Shown piece by piece: positions 1 through 10,259 of a stretch of DNA of 64,000 bases. Made by a program: the position numbers and the translations under genes. Source of the stretch: Cryomorphaceae bacterium (GTDB lineage: Bacteria; Bacteroidota; Bacteroidia; Flavobacteriales; Schleiferiaceae); contig JAHEKP010000001.1 of NCBI GenBank assembly GCA_024638285.1, positions 9,093-73,092 on the forward strand, read 5' to 3'. The notes under the pieces are model-generated. The model made no database searches. It was not told the origin of the DNA and was given only the letters and a program-made list of their open reading frames with translations. Each line of letters begins with the position of its first letter. Position 1 is the first letter of the stretch.

Positions 1-1
1 T

Positions 2-3000
2 ACGGTAGAGGAGACACCCAGTTGTGATCAACCGGTTAATGTTACTACATCTACTGTTCTTTCGTCATCAGTGGTTTTGAATTGGACCACTTTAAATTCG
101 AATCAGCTAGGATATCAAATTCAATTTGCTCAAGGTAACAGTGGCGCTAGTGGTGGAACTATTGTGAATTCATCAACGAAGCCAGCGACACTTTCCGGGC
201 TTACTCCTAACACCACGTATTCTGTTCGCGTTCGTGACATTTGTGCAGCGGGAGACACTTCGACGTGGTCGGCTTACACTGCATTCACGACTCAATGTTC
301 ATTTGCCACAGCGCCGTTTTTTGAGAATTTTGAGGGCGCAAACTGGGATCCGGCTTCAACATGGAATGTCCAAGGAGATTTAGATCAATGCTGGCTTGAT
401 CAAGGTTCAGCCACACAGTTTTGGACACCCGGTCCTCCTGCATTCAACTGGACACAAACCGGCCCTTCAGGGGATCATACGACAGGATCTGGTCAGTACA
501 TGATGAATCAAGTGACCAGTACTTTCGTAAGTGGAACCAATCCTCGGCTCATTTCACCGTGGATTGATTTGGATACGCTCGTCTCGCCGGAGTTAAGCTT
601 TTACTACCATGGTTATGGCATTGGGATGGGTGACTTTGATGTGTATGTGCAGAAACTTGGCGGTAGCTGGACCGCACTTTGGGATACGTCAGGAGTGACA
701 CACAGCTCTCAAAATGCACCTTGGACAGAAAAAATACTATCTCTAGGTACTTCATATTCAGGTGATACCATTAGAATTCGCTTCGATTGCACGAATACGC
801 AAAATTCATTTTATACACAATTTTCGATTGATGACGTGAAGATTGATGAGGAACCCAGTTGTCCAAAGCCTGATAATACTGCGGTAACTGCTGTTGGTGT
901 TATGGTAGCACAATTGGACTGGACCTCTGGCGGAGCATCAAACTATCAGTTGCGTTACCGTGAGGTTGGAACAAACGCGTGGAGTTGGACTACTGCAAAT
1001 ACATCAGCCAAAGGTATAGGAATGCTTTCAGCGCAAACTACTTATGAATGGCAAGTCAGAGATTCATGCAGTACTGGTGATGTGAGTACTTGGCGCGATG
1101 GCCCAAGATTTAGAACGAATTGTACTTTTTATACGGCGCCGTTTCTTGAACAATTCTCAAGTGCTTCAACATGGATTGGCCCCGCTTGGCCTGATCAAAA
1201 CGGTGAAGTTGACGACTGCTGGCTTCGGTCGGATACCGCAGACTACTTCTGGACAGGAGGGGGCACCGCTGCGCATTATACAGGCACTGGACCGTCAGGT
1301 GATCATACTACAGGCACAGGTGGTTATGCTTTCGCAAGAAGTGCAACGCCTTTTAGTACTACCGCAGATACCGAACTCCGCACTCCACTCATAGATTTAG
1401 ACAGCCTTCAAAGCCCTGAGTTGATTTTCTGGTACCATATGTTTGGGCCGGATATTGATAAACTTAGGGTATATGTAAAAGCAGTAGGTCAATCTGTTGT
1501 TCTTTTAAAAACGATTAGCGGTCAACAACAAAGCAGTTCAAATGCGGCTTGGCTGAAAGAAACCATTAGTCTCTCTGCTTTTGAAAACGATACGGTACAA
1601 ATCATCTTTAAGGCGTGGCGAGACGGATCTAGCTCTTTTACAGCCTATCAAGCGGACATTTCTATTGACGATATTCGAATAGATGAGCCTACGACCTGTC
1701 CAACCCCCAGCATTTCAGTGAACAACATCACGTACAATTCCGCAGATATTACGTGGTCTGGTACGGCGAATTCATCGGCATTAGAATACGACGTTCAAGG
1801 CTTTACATTGGGTTCTGGAACACGTCTTTCCGTTTCAAACCAATCTTTTGGTCTAAGCGGTTTACTTCCTTCAACAACCTATACGGTTTGGGTACAAGAT
1901 ACTTGTACATCTTCTTTAGTAAGTCTTTGGGACAGTATATCCTTCACGACATCTCCATGTCCACCTATTACAGCGACAGGATCTGTTTCGCTAACGGGTA
2001 CAGTTTTAGCGGGTACTTCCTCTACAATAGGTGCAGATTCGACCCTTTGGTTTTGGGGGGATACTACTCAAGATACCGGTACAACTGCTCAACATACCTA
2101 CACCACTATTTTTGGCAACATGAATGTGTACCAAGTGGTCTACAGTGCGTGTGGTAGCGTCGATTCTCTACTACATTCCATAACGGTCTGTGATTCAATG
2201 TCAATACTCACTACTAATGCCATTAACGGTTTGACGGTAGATTTCAATACAACTGGTTCTCAGGGTACAGGTCTAAATTATAATTGGTCCTTTGGTGATG
2301 GAGCGGTGGCGTCTGCTACCTCTGCACCAACGCATACGTACGCGAATTCAGGGCAATATGTAGTTACGCTAACGGCCTCAAGTCTTTGTGGGGATACCGT
2401 TGTGGTTCTGGATACCGTAGAAGTATGCGCTCCAGTGAACTTAACTTTTACAGAATCGGCATCTGGAAATACATTTAATTTTACGGCAACGCCTTCGAAT
2501 CTTACTAATTACAACTGGGACTTCGGTGACGGTTCTACCGGAACAGGGGGGACTGCAAGCAACACGTATACCACCAATGGTTCTTTTACAGTGGTTTTAA
2601 CCGCTACAGACAGTTGCGGGACTCAGCATACCTTCTCCAAAGATGTTGCTACATGTGATCCTCCAGTGGGTAACTTTAGCTTCAACATTGTGTCGACAAG
2701 TTCAAATGGAATGACGGTTAACTTCTTTGCTTCTTCTACAGGCGCAACTCAGTTTCACTGGTTCTGGGGCGATGGAACCAACGATAAAGGCAACTCACCA
2801 AATGCGCAGCACACCTTTGGTGTGATATCGTTGCAATATACCGTTCGGTTGTTGCTGATCAACGATTGTGGTGATACTACGGTAATCATCCATAGTTTAA
2901 CGGAAGTCGGAATGGACGAAAATTCAACTGCCCTAAAGGTTTACCCGAACCCAACACAGGGATATGTTCAATTTGAGTTTGGTTCCAACGTAACCGCAGA

Positions 3001-3160
3001 AATTGAGGTCTTTAATGCGGCTGGCGTCAAAGTAGCGGTTGAAAAGGTACTTCAAGCGAGCGATTCCCAATTGGATCTACATTCTTTACCTGCGGGTAGC
3101 TATGAGATTAGAATATCGACTAATGAACACTTGTGGCGAAGACGCATACTGAAACTCTAA
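2..3160 (+). CDS. Large T9SS type A (C-terminal sorting domain) surface protein with FN3, MAM-like and PKD repeats; 5'-truncated by the window edge
   Basis: Frame is open from base 2 (TVEETPSCDQP...). FN3 motifs (LSGLTPNTTYSVRVRDIC), two MAM-like modules (TGPSGDHTTG...IDD), PKD repeats (YNWSFGDG, YNWDFGDG, FHWFWGDG) and a C-terminal KVYPNPT...LPAGSYEIRI T9SS signal. Confidence 0.85.
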   Translation, partial: TVEETPSCDQPVNVTTSTVLSSSVVLNWTTLNSNQLGYQIQFAQGNSGASGGTIVNSSTKPATLSGLTPNTTYSVRVRDICAAGDTSTWSAYTAFTTQCSFATAPFFENFEGANWDPASTWNVQGDLDQCWLDQGSATQFWTPGPPAFNWTQTGPSGDHTTGSGQYMMNQVTSTFVSGTNPRLISPWIDLDTLVSPELSFYYHGYGIGMGDFDVYVQKLGGSWTALWDTSGVTHSSQNAPWTEKILSLGTSYSGDTIRIRFDCTNTQNSFYTQFSIDDVKIDEEPSCPKPDNTAVTAVGVMVAQLDWTSGGASNYQLRYREVGTNAWSWTTANTSAKGIGMLSAQTTYEWQVRDSCSTGDVSTWRDGPRFRTNCTFYTAPFLEQFSSASTWIGPAWPDQNGEVDDCWLRSDTADYFWTGGGTAAHYTGTGPSGDHTTGTGGYAFARSATPFSTTADTELRTPLIDLDSLQSPELIFWYHMFGPDIDKLRVYVKAVGQSVVLLKTISGQQQSSSNAAWLKETISLSAFENDTVQIIFKAWRDGSSSFTAYQADISIDDIRIDEPTTCPTPSISVNNITYNSADITWSGTANSSALEYDVQGFTLGSGTRLSVSNQSFGLSGLLPSTTYTVWVQDTCTSSLVSLWDSISFTTSPCPPITATGSVSLTGTVLAGTSSTIGADSTLWFWGDTTQDTGTTAQHTYTTIFGNMNVYQVVYSACGSVDSLLHSITVCDSMSILTTNAINGLTVDFNTTGSQGTGLNYNWSFGDGAVASATSAPTHTYANSGQYVVTLTASSLCGDTVVVLDTVEVCAPVNLTFTESASGNTFNFTATPSNLTNYNWDFGDGSTGTGGTASNTYTTNGSFTVVLTATDSCGTQHTFSKDVATCDPPVGNFSFNIVSTSSNGMTVNFFASSTGATQFHWFWGDGTNDKGNSPNAQHTFGVISLQYTVRLLLINDCGDTTVIIHSLTEVGMDENSTALKVYPNPTQGYVQFEFGSNVTAEIEVFNAAGVKVAVEKVLQASDSQLDLHSLPAGSYEIRISTNEHLWRRRILKL

Positions 3161-3181
3161 GTTTTTCCTAGCACAGTGCCT

Positions 3182-3189
3182 TATATTTG
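3182..3189 (+). promoter_or_regulatory. Bacteroidota sigma-A -7 box (TATATTTG) for the biotin carboxylase gene
   Basis: Exact TAnnTTTG match 30 nt before ATG 3220. Confidence 0.6.
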
Positions 3190-3219
3190 CTTGAACGCAT
3201 CAAGCGAACGTATCACATT

Positions 3220-4704
3220 ATGAAACCTATTACCAAAATATTGGTCGCGAATCGCGGCGAAATCGCCTTGCGCGTCATGCGCAGTGCCCGTGAAATGGGC
3301 ATTAAAACTGTAGCTGTATTTTCTGAAGTGGATCGAAGAGCTCCACATGTGCTTTTTGCAGATGAGGCCGTTTGTCTAGGTCCGGCGCCTTCTTCGGAGA
3401 GTTACCTTAAGGGCGACAAGATTATAGCATTTGCAAAGGAACTTAAGGTAGATGCCATTCATCCAGGTTACGGCTTCTTAAGTGAAAATGCAGTTTTTGC
3501 GGCTGCAGTTGAAGCTGCAGGCATAATATTTATAGGTCCGCGAGAGCATGCCATTCAGGTGATGGGTGATAAATTGAGTGCGAAGGCTGCTGTAGAGGAC
3601 TTTGATGTTCCGTTAGTTCCGGGTTCCGATGGAGAGGTTACGGATGTGGAAGCCGCGAAAAAATTGGCTACAGCTATCGGTTTTCCCGTTATGATTAAGG
3701 CGAGCGCTGGAGGCGGTGGTAAGGGAATGCGTATTGTACACGAGGTTACTGAATTTGAAAATCAAATGCAACGTGCAGTTAGTGAAGCGACCAACAGCTT
3801 TGGAAACGGAGCAGTGTTTGTTGAAAAGTACATTCAAAACCCACGTCACATTGAAATTCAAGTTCTCGCAGATGCGCATGGAAATGTTGTGCATTTGTTT
3901 GAGAGAGAATGTTCTATTCAACGAAGACATCAAAAGGTCATTGAAGAAGCACCTTCTGTAGTACTTACTCCTGAGCTAAGAGCTGCAATGGGTGAGGCTG
4001 CAGTGAACGTTGCAAAAGCTTGTGATTATCGTGGTGCAGGAACTGTTGAGTTCATTTTTGAACCGGGTGGTAAATTCTATTTCCTAGAGATGAATACCCG
4101 TTTGCAAGTGGAGCACCCGGTTACTGAGCAGATTACTGGAATAGATTTAGTAAAAGCGCAAATTCAAATCGCACAAGGTGAGGTGTTGCCTTTTACCCAG
4201 GACGATCTCAAGATTCAGGGACATGCTATCGAGGTACGGGTTTATGCGGAAGATGCGGCAGCGAATTTCATGCCTGGAACTGGAACTTTGCGAGAATACC
4301 GTCGGCCACAGGGATTAGGAGTTCGAGTGGATGATGGTTTGGAAGAAGGTATGGAGGTTAGTATTTACTACGATCCTATGATTGCTAAACTCATCACTTT
4401 TGGGGCTGACCGCACAGAGGCCATTGCCAGAATGAAACGTGCGATGAGTGAATACAGAATCAGTGGCGTTCAGACGACTATAGATTTTGCCCAATTTGTC
4501 ATGGATCATGAGGCATTCGTGAGTGGCGATTTTGATACTCATTTTGTGGCCAATTATTACACACCAGAGGCCTTAGATAAAAGCAATCCAGAGTTGGAGG
4601 CTGTTGGCGCGATGGCACTGAGCAATCTTCTACAAGGACAAAAAGAAACGCAACGCACGAGCACATCAAATGGCCAAAGTCGCTGGAAGCAAAACAGGAG
4701 TTAA
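3220..4704 (+). CDS. accC: Acetyl/propionyl-CoA carboxylase biotin carboxylase subunit
   Basis: KILVANRGEIA, HPGYGFLSEN, KASAGGGGKGMR, RECSIQRRHQK, EMNTRLQVEHPVTE, YDPMIAKL; no biotinyl domain. Start placed at ATG 3220 downstream of the -7 box. Confidence 0.88.
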   Translation: MKPITKILVANRGEIALRVMRSAREMGIKTVAVFSEVDRRAPHVLFADEAVCLGPAPSSESYLKGDKIIAFAKELKVDAIHPGYGFLSENAVFAAAVEAAGIIFIGPREHAIQVMGDKLSAKAAVEDFDVPLVPGSDGEVTDVEAAKKLATAIGFPVMIKASAGGGGKGMRIVHEVTEFENQMQRAVSEATNSFGNGAVFVEKYIQNPRHIEIQVLADAHGNVVHLFERECSIQRRHQKVIEEAPSVVLTPELRAAMGEAAVNVAKACDYRGAGTVEFIFEPGGKFYFLEMNTRLQVEHPVTEQITGIDLVKAQIQIAQGEVLPFTQDDLKIQGHAIEVRVYAEDAAANFMPGTGTLREYRRPQGLGVRVDDGLEEGMEVSIYYDPMIAKLITFGADRTEAIARMKRAMSEYRISGVQTTIDFAQFVMDHEAFVSGDFDTHFVANYYTPEALDKSNPELEAVGAMALSNLLQGQKETQRTSTSNGQSRWKQNRS

Positions 4705-5344
4705 AGTTTTTTTTACGCTTTTGTGGTGCCTTTCGGTACACGCTCAAAAGGTAGATACTTTAAGTACAGCCGCTCATCCGAATAGTCCTTTGTTTGGGCA
4801 ATTGATTGTGGATGGAGATACTGTGCCTTGGTCGGTTTTAGATGAAGTATTGTTCGTAGCAAAACCAACCTTAAACGATATTCAAGCACGCAGAAATTAC
4901 TATGCATTAATGAAAAAGGTATCGCGTGTCTATCCTTATGTACGAGAGGCCGCTTTACGTATGGATTCTGTGAATATGCAGTTGGAAGGAATCGACCGCA
5001 GGCGGCAGCGTAGAAAATACACGAAGTCTTACCAGAACTATCTGCAAGAGCGTTTTGAGCCGGAGTTAAGAAAGTTAACACGCAGTGAAGGACAGATTTT
5101 AAGTAAATTAATTTACAGAGAGACGCACACGAGTGTGTATGAGATAATTAAATCTTATAGAAGCGGTTTATCTGCAAGGTTTTGGTCCATGACGGCGTGG
5201 TGGTATGACATTGATTTAAAACGGCCTTACGATCCTGAAAATGATGCAGAGGATCGGCTTATTGAAAATATTTTATTGCGGAAATTCATCGCAGGAGAAC
5301 TGATTCCGGCAAGAGCAAACGAACGTATCCGCTATCAGCGCTAA
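4670..5344 (+). CDS. DUF4294-like exported protein
   Basis: Signal peptide ending VHA-Q; DGDTVP..LDEV, KVSRVYPY, LKLT..G.IL.KLIYRET and YDP...EDRLIE pattern recalled for DUF4294. Start uncertain because it overlaps accC. Confidence 0.65.
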   Translation: MAKVAGSKTGVKVFFTLLWCLSVHAQKVDTLSTAAHPNSPLFGQLIVDGDTVPWSVLDEVLFVAKPTLNDIQARRNYYALMKKVSRVYPYVREAALRMDSVNMQLEGIDRRRQRRKYTKSYQNYLQERFEPELRKLTRSEGQILSKLIYRETHTSVYEIIKSYRSGLSARFWSMTAWWYDIDLKRPYDPENDAEDRLIENILLRKFIAGELIPARANERIRYQR

Positions 5345-5395
5345 TATCTCTGAAAGGGTTTTCTTAAATTAAGCCTGCATTAACGTACTTCACAA

Positions 5396-6289
5396 GTGAA
5401 AATAACAGAAGCCTTACGCATTTTAGAATTGGACACCTTGCCTAAGGACGAGCGAGCGGTTTCTGTGGCTTATAAAAGGCTGGCGAAGAAAAGACACCCA
5501 GATTCAGGAGGAACGGAAGAGGCGTTTCAGGAGTTAGGAGCGGCTGTAGAATACGTGTTACGGGCATTGGCATTAGTAGACGCAACGGTTGAACAAACAA
5601 AACGACGCTCGGCGGAGACGGATGCTTTAGCGGAGAAACGTGCAAAAATGCGTGCGGAGATGTTAAAACGCCGGGCAGAAGAGGACCGCAAGCGAAATAT
5701 ACAAGCTACTTGGGGTATTAGTGTGATTCTCATAGTTATTGTATTGTTTGGAATTGGTATGGTCATTCAACCACGTTTCAATCACTGGATGGTTGAAAAA
5801 GAGCGTGTGGAACGCATGGCTACTGTTTTAAGTACAGGTCCTGATCGCAGCTACACCATAAGCTGGAATTATCAAGGCGAATCATATACTGAGGTATTAA
5901 ATGGTCGATTCATAGACGGAAAATGGCTGGTAGGCCCTGCCGGTATGCCAATGATTAAAGGAGGAAAGTATATTGTATCCTTTAATGGGAGAAATCCCAA
6001 TTACTTTGAATTAAAAGATAAATACATTGACCCGGAAACAGCCGATCGCTATTTTTCTGTTGTCAAATATCCGCTGGCAGCAGCATTGAACTTACCGGAT
6101 AGTGATCCAGATGTAGTTTGCATTTTTTGGTCAGTTTTAGATGAGTTTGGTGTAGATGGGGTCGCTCATATATTCTTCGGGGCTTTACCGATGCGAAAGA
6201 ATTGGAAGCACAACGAACGAAGTTTTCAGGCTTTGAAAGAATCGGAAGCCTTTCAAAAGCTGTACAGAAGTTGTTTGGGAATAGAGTAG
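5396..6289 (+). CDS. J-domain (DnaJ) membrane protein
   Basis: N-terminal J domain with HPD motif (AYKRLAKKRHPDSGG..EAFQEL), a coiled coil, one TM helix, then an unknown C-terminal domain. GTG start. Confidence 0.75.
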   Translation: MKITEALRILELDTLPKDERAVSVAYKRLAKKRHPDSGGTEEAFQELGAAVEYVLRALALVDATVEQTKRRSAETDALAEKRAKMRAEMLKRRAEEDRKRNIQATWGISVILIVIVLFGIGMVIQPRFNHWMVEKERVERMATVLSTGPDRSYTISWNYQGESYTEVLNGRFIDGKWLVGPAGMPMIKGGKYIVSFNGRNPNYFELKDKYIDPETADRYFSVVKYPLAAALNLPDSDPDVVCIFWSVLDEFGVDGVAHIFFGALPMRKNWKHNERSFQALKESEAFQKLYRSCLGIE

Positions 6290-6342
6290 AAGATCGCTCA
6301 GAAGCCAATACCTTTGTAGTCTAGATTATCAATACGAGTCCT

Positions 6343-7692
6343 ATGAAACCCTCATTAGCGAAAGGTACCAGAGATTTTTCAGCGGCGGAAGTGCAGAAGC
6401 GCCAATACATCATGAATGTTTTGCGTGAGCAGTTTGAATTGCGCGGCTACGATCCTATAGAAACGCCTTCATTTGAAAATATAGAAACGCTGACCGGTAA
6501 ATACGGTGAGGAAGGGGACCGATTGATTTTTAAAATTCTACGTTCCGGCGATTTTACATCTAAGATTGATGAAGGATTATGGGCGAATAAAAACCCAAAA
6601 GTCCTTACGTCAAAAGTTGCAGATAAGGCTTTGCGCTATGATCTAACTGTTCCTTTCGCTCGGTATGTTGTCCAGCACCAAAATGAACTAGCCTTTCCGT
6701 TTAAACGCTACCAGATGCAGCCGGTTTGGCGTGCAGACCGTCCACAGAAGGGACGTTTTCGTGAGTTTTACCAGTGCGATGCAGATGTTGTAGGGTCGGA
6801 CAGTTTGTGGCAAGAAGTAGAATTGATCCAATTGTATGATGCATCGTTTACTAAACTAGGTCTTTCCACAACTATTAAAGTAAACAACCGCAAAATTCTA
6901 GCAGGAATGGCGGAGGTACTAGGAATTAGCGACGCATTTATTGCATTTACGGTTGCCATTGATAAGTTAGATAAGGTAGGAGTAGAAGGTGTTTTGAAAG
7001 AAATGCGTACACAGGGATTACCTGAAATTGCCGTAACAACCTTTGGGCAGTGGATAGAAGAAGGGCTGACGCTCGACCGATTGACGGGATTATTAGCAGA
7101 AAGTTCAGAAGGTAAATTAGGACTGGATGAGATGAATTTCGTCTTGTCACAGGCCGCAGCTGGATTGAATAGCGCTGAATTAGTTTTCGACTTCACCCTC
7201 GCTCGTGGACTTAACTACTACACGGGAACTATTTTCGAAGTTGCTGCAAATGGCGTTTCGATGGGAAGTATTGGTGGCGGAGGACGCTATGCAGACCTAA
7301 CCAGTATTTTCGGAATGAAGAATACATCCGGTGTTGGGATTAGCTTTGGTTTAGACCGTATTTATATTTGTTTAGAAGAATTAGATTTATTCCCATCCAC
7401 CACGGCGAATGCTTCTGCGGTATTGTTTGCGAACTTTGGTCCAGAGGAGAGTGTGGTTGCCTACCAATGGGTTGCAAAACTCGTTGCTTTAGGTGTTCGC
7501 GCGGAACTGTATCCAGACGCTTCGAAACTTAAAAAGCAATTTGATTTCGCCGATAAAAAAGGCATCGGTTATCTCGCGTTAGTGGGCACAAATGAAATGA
7601 CAGCCTCAGCAATTCCCGTGAAGAATCTTGCTACTGGAGAACAAATTACTTTAGACTTAGAAGGAATTTGTGCTTTAGTGAAAGGTGCTTAG
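6343..7692 (+). CDS. hisS: Histidine--tRNA ligase
   Basis: [58 protein letters not shown] -7 box at 6309-6316. Confidence 0.97.
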   Translation: MKPSLAKGTRDFSAAEVQKRQYIMNVLREQFELRGYDPIETPSFENIETLTGKYGEEGDRLIFKILRSGDFTSKIDEGLWANKNPKVLTSKVADKALRYDLTVPFARYVVQHQNELAFPFKRYQMQPVWRADRPQKGRFREFYQCDADVVGSDSLWQEVELIQLYDASFTKLGLSTTIKVNNRKILAGMAEVLGISDAFIAFTVAIDKLDKVGVEGVLKEMRTQGLPEIAVTTFGQWIEEGLTLDRLTGLLAESSEGKLGLDEMNFVLSQAAAGLNSAELVFDFTLARGLNYYTGTIFEVAANGVSMGSIGGGGRYADLTSIFGMKNTSGVGISFGLDRIYICLEELDLFPSTTANASAVLFANFGPEESVVAYQWVAKLVALGVRAELYPDASKLKKQFDFADKKGIGYLALVGTNEMTASAIPVKNLATGEQITLDLEGICALVKGA

Positions 7693-8960
7693 CTACGTGC
7701 AATTCGTTCCCAAAGGGCACGGTCATTATGCTCTGGTTTCATAAGCACACTGCGTACTACAGTTATACTAGGGACATCCCATTCCATCTGCCATGGGCAG
7801 TTTTGCTGCGGCAGGCTGAACAGCGCGAGATGAATGTTTTCTTCTGCTTTTTGCTCAAAAAACGCTCGGTTTTTAGCACTTATTTCTGAAGCTTTCAAAC
7901 CAGGTAAACTGAATATGCAAATATCTAGTTGGGGTTCCAGTACCCACCATCCCTTGGCCATTAAAGTGTTTTTCAGTCCTTGGGCTGCTGCAAGGCTTGA
8001 ATTCAGCCGCTGTGCAAAGTTCCCGGAACGCACATATGGGAATTTTTGTTGTGTCGCCCAGAGTGCAGCAGCAGCAGCACCAGCTCGTGAACATTCAAGC
8101 GTGATTTCACCTAAGTGTAATTGGTCGGACGTAAAATACGTGTAGGGACTATCGTGTTTGTAAAAGCGTCCTTCTTCAGGATTTTTAAACAGCACTGCAC
8201 CGCAACCATAGGGCTGCAGACCGTGCTTATGCGGATCAATAACAATAGAATCGGCCTCGGCTATCGCGGTAAAATGCCGTTGCACGTCTTTTGGAAGGTT
8301 AGCCAGCGTAAAGTAGCCTCCGTAAGCTGCGTCAACGTGTATACGGGCGTCGTAGGCTCGTGCTAAGGGAATAATATCCTCAAGAGGATCTACTGCCCCC
8401 ATACCGGTCGTTCCAAGTGTTACAACGATGGTCGCTTTTACCCCTTGACTTTGGAGGTTCTCCAAAGCAACACTCAGCGCAGTACTATCCATCGATCCGT
8501 TTTCTGTCGATCTGATGGTTTGAAAAGGCATTCCCAGTACTTCACTCATCCTACTGTGCGTGTAATGCGCATGTTCATTCGCTAAAATGATGGTATTTGC
8601 ATTGGATTGACGTGCAACCCAGAGTGCTTCTAGGTTTGCAGTAGTTCCACCAGAGGTTAAATGTCCCAATGGTTTTGAAAAGCCTACCATCCTTCCAAAG
8701 GCGGCTATGGTCTCAAGTTCTAGGGCTGAGGTTGCACGTCCTCCATCAAGGGCATGATTGTTTGGATTGACAAAACTGGTCATCCAATGTGCAGCCTGTG
8801 CAAGCGGAAGCGGCGGCTTGATCATTTGACCGGCGTAATCTGGGCTATGGTATGGATAGTTGTCCTGAAGCTTATGAGCCAATTCTTTCAAGATGGCCTC
8901 ATCTGCAGCGTCTAAGGGTAATTGAGGGAATTCTAAATTCAATAAATGTGTCCAATCCAT
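7689..8960 (-). CDS. PLP-dependent group II amino-acid decarboxylase family protein
   Basis: [31 protein letters not shown] and the DPHK PLP-lysine motif. Start set at ATG 8960; the alternative at 8975 is TAATG-coupled to cry-DASH. Confidence 0.85.
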   Translation of the reverse strand: MDWTHLLNLEFPQLPLDAADEAILKELAHKLQDNYPYHSPDYAGQMIKPPLPLAQAAHWMTSFVNPNNHALDGGRATSALELETIAAFGRMVGFSKPLGHLTSGGTTANLEALWVARQSNANTIILANEHAHYTHSRMSEVLGMPFQTIRSTENGSMDSTALSVALENLQSQGVKATIVVTLGTTGMGAVDPLEDIIPLARAYDARIHVDAAYGGYFTLANLPKDVQRHFTAIAEADSIVIDPHKHGLQPYGCGAVLFKNPEEGRFYKHDSPYTYFTSDQLHLGEITLECSRAGAAAAALWATQQKFPYVRSGNFAQRLNSSLAAAQGLKNTLMAKGWWVLEPQLDICIFSLPGLKASEISAKNRAFFEQKAEENIHLALFSLPQQNCPWQMEWDVPSITVVRSVLMKPEHNDRALWERIARS

Positions 8961-8974
8961 ATTGGAAAAGTACA

Positions 8975-10258
8975 TTAATTCAACCAAGTATTTACATAGC
9001 TTTTGTCCGGATCGTAGCGTTCCAACTGCATTTTCGTATTGAATTTCCTGAACGGTCGGGGGTCGTTCCCGCGACCTGCGATATAAAGCCAATTCCCATA
9101 GTTTGAAGCAGGATCAAAGTCAATCAATTGACTTTCAAACCAAGCCGCGCCGCTGCGCCAATCCAATCCCATATCGTGAATGAGAAAGGAAGCTACGTTT
9201 TGACGGCCTCTGTTGCTCATAAAACCGGTAGCTAACAACTCTTTCATATTGGCATCCACTAATGGATCGCCAGTCTCACCATTTTTCCATTGATCGTACT
9301 TCCGCTTATTGAAGTGCGGCTTCCAGGGCTTTTCAGGTTGGAGTCCTGTTGGCATAAAAAGAAGTTTGCCAGCATTGTAAGCCGTCCATTGGAAAAATTC
9401 TCTCCAAAGTAATTCGATGAAGAGCCAGTACGTGCTGTCGTTACTGGTATGTCGTTCTTCGAATTGGTCCAATTCGTCCATTACCTGAGCTGCACTTATA
9501 CAACCGATGGCTAGGAAGGGTGAGAATTTTGAACTAAAAGATCGACCCAACATGCCGTTCCTAGTTTCTTTATAGACTTGAACCGCTTGTTCACCTTCCC
9601 AAAAATAGTCCTCGAGCGCACGCCAGGCCTCACGTACACCTCCTCGATATGGAAATGCAGTGCGGTCATCGGGCGCTGGAGTACTTACGTCCCATTCTCC
9701 TTGTAACTGACTAAAGCTACTGACATCTACAGGAGAGATTGCAGGCTCCTCCCAAGCTTTTCTTGGCGCCGCATACTTTTCTACTTTTCTTCGGAATGGA
9801 GAAAATACCTGAGGCATATTTTCTATGCTGAAAGGAAAATCATCCGGTTGGTACAATGTACGCTCTAGGAAAAATGTTACTTCTATACCTTCACTTTTAC
9901 CCCAAAGGTTCAGCTGCAATTGCTCATGCACTTCGTATGCTGATAATTCCTTTGGCGCATAAATAGCATCGGTCTCGAAAGTCGCTGCCAACTCTTGTAA
10001 TGTTGTCACGGGATCACCTTCTAGCAACAAAAGATCGCTACCGTACTCGCGTAATTTTACCCGTAAATCCATGGCTGCATCGTGCAAGAATTGTTCGCGC
10101 CAAGCACCGATGGTGGGGTTGCCCCAAGAATCGATTTGATCCGCAGTAGGAATAAAATACACGGGAATTACGGTTTCAAACGTGTTGTAAGCTTGAAGCA
10201 CGGGGAGGTTGTCACCTAGTCTTAGATTGTTACGAAACCAAAGAATGCAAGTACTCAT
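8975..10258 (-). CDS. DASH-family cryptochrome
   Basis: WFRNNLRLGDN, YKETRNGMLG..FSSKFSPFLAIGCIS, NDSTYWLFIELLWREFF, TGFMSNRGRQNVASFL, SNYGNWLYIAGRGNDPR. Confidence 0.92.
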   Translation of the reverse strand: MSTCILWFRNNLRLGDNLPVLQAYNTFETVIPVYFIPTADQIDSWGNPTIGAWREQFLHDAAMDLRVKLREYGSDLLLLEGDPVTTLQELAATFETDAIYAPKELSAYEVHEQLQLNLWGKSEGIEVTFFLERTLYQPDDFPFSIENMPQVFSPFRRKVEKYAAPRKAWEEPAISPVDVSSFSQLQGEWDVSTPAPDDRTAFPYRGGVREAWRALEDYFWEGEQAVQVYKETRNGMLGRSFSSKFSPFLAIGCISAAQVMDELDQFEERHTSNDSTYWLFIELLWREFFQWTAYNAGKLLFMPTGLQPEKPWKPHFNKRKYDQWKNGETGDPLVDANMKELLATGFMSNRGRQNVASFLIHDMGLDWRSGAAWFESQLIDFDPASNYGNWLYIAGRGNDPRPFRKFNTKMQLERYDPDKSYVNTWLN

Positions 10259-10259
10259 G

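Noticed and set aside
455..1322. Repeated TGPSGDHTTG motif
   Set aside because: It is a protein-level MAM domain duplication with diverged DNA, not an array or DGR-type repeat.
8976..9092. N-terminal extension of the decarboxylase ORF
   Set aside because: It lies out of frame inside cry-DASH; better starts exist at 8975 and 8960.
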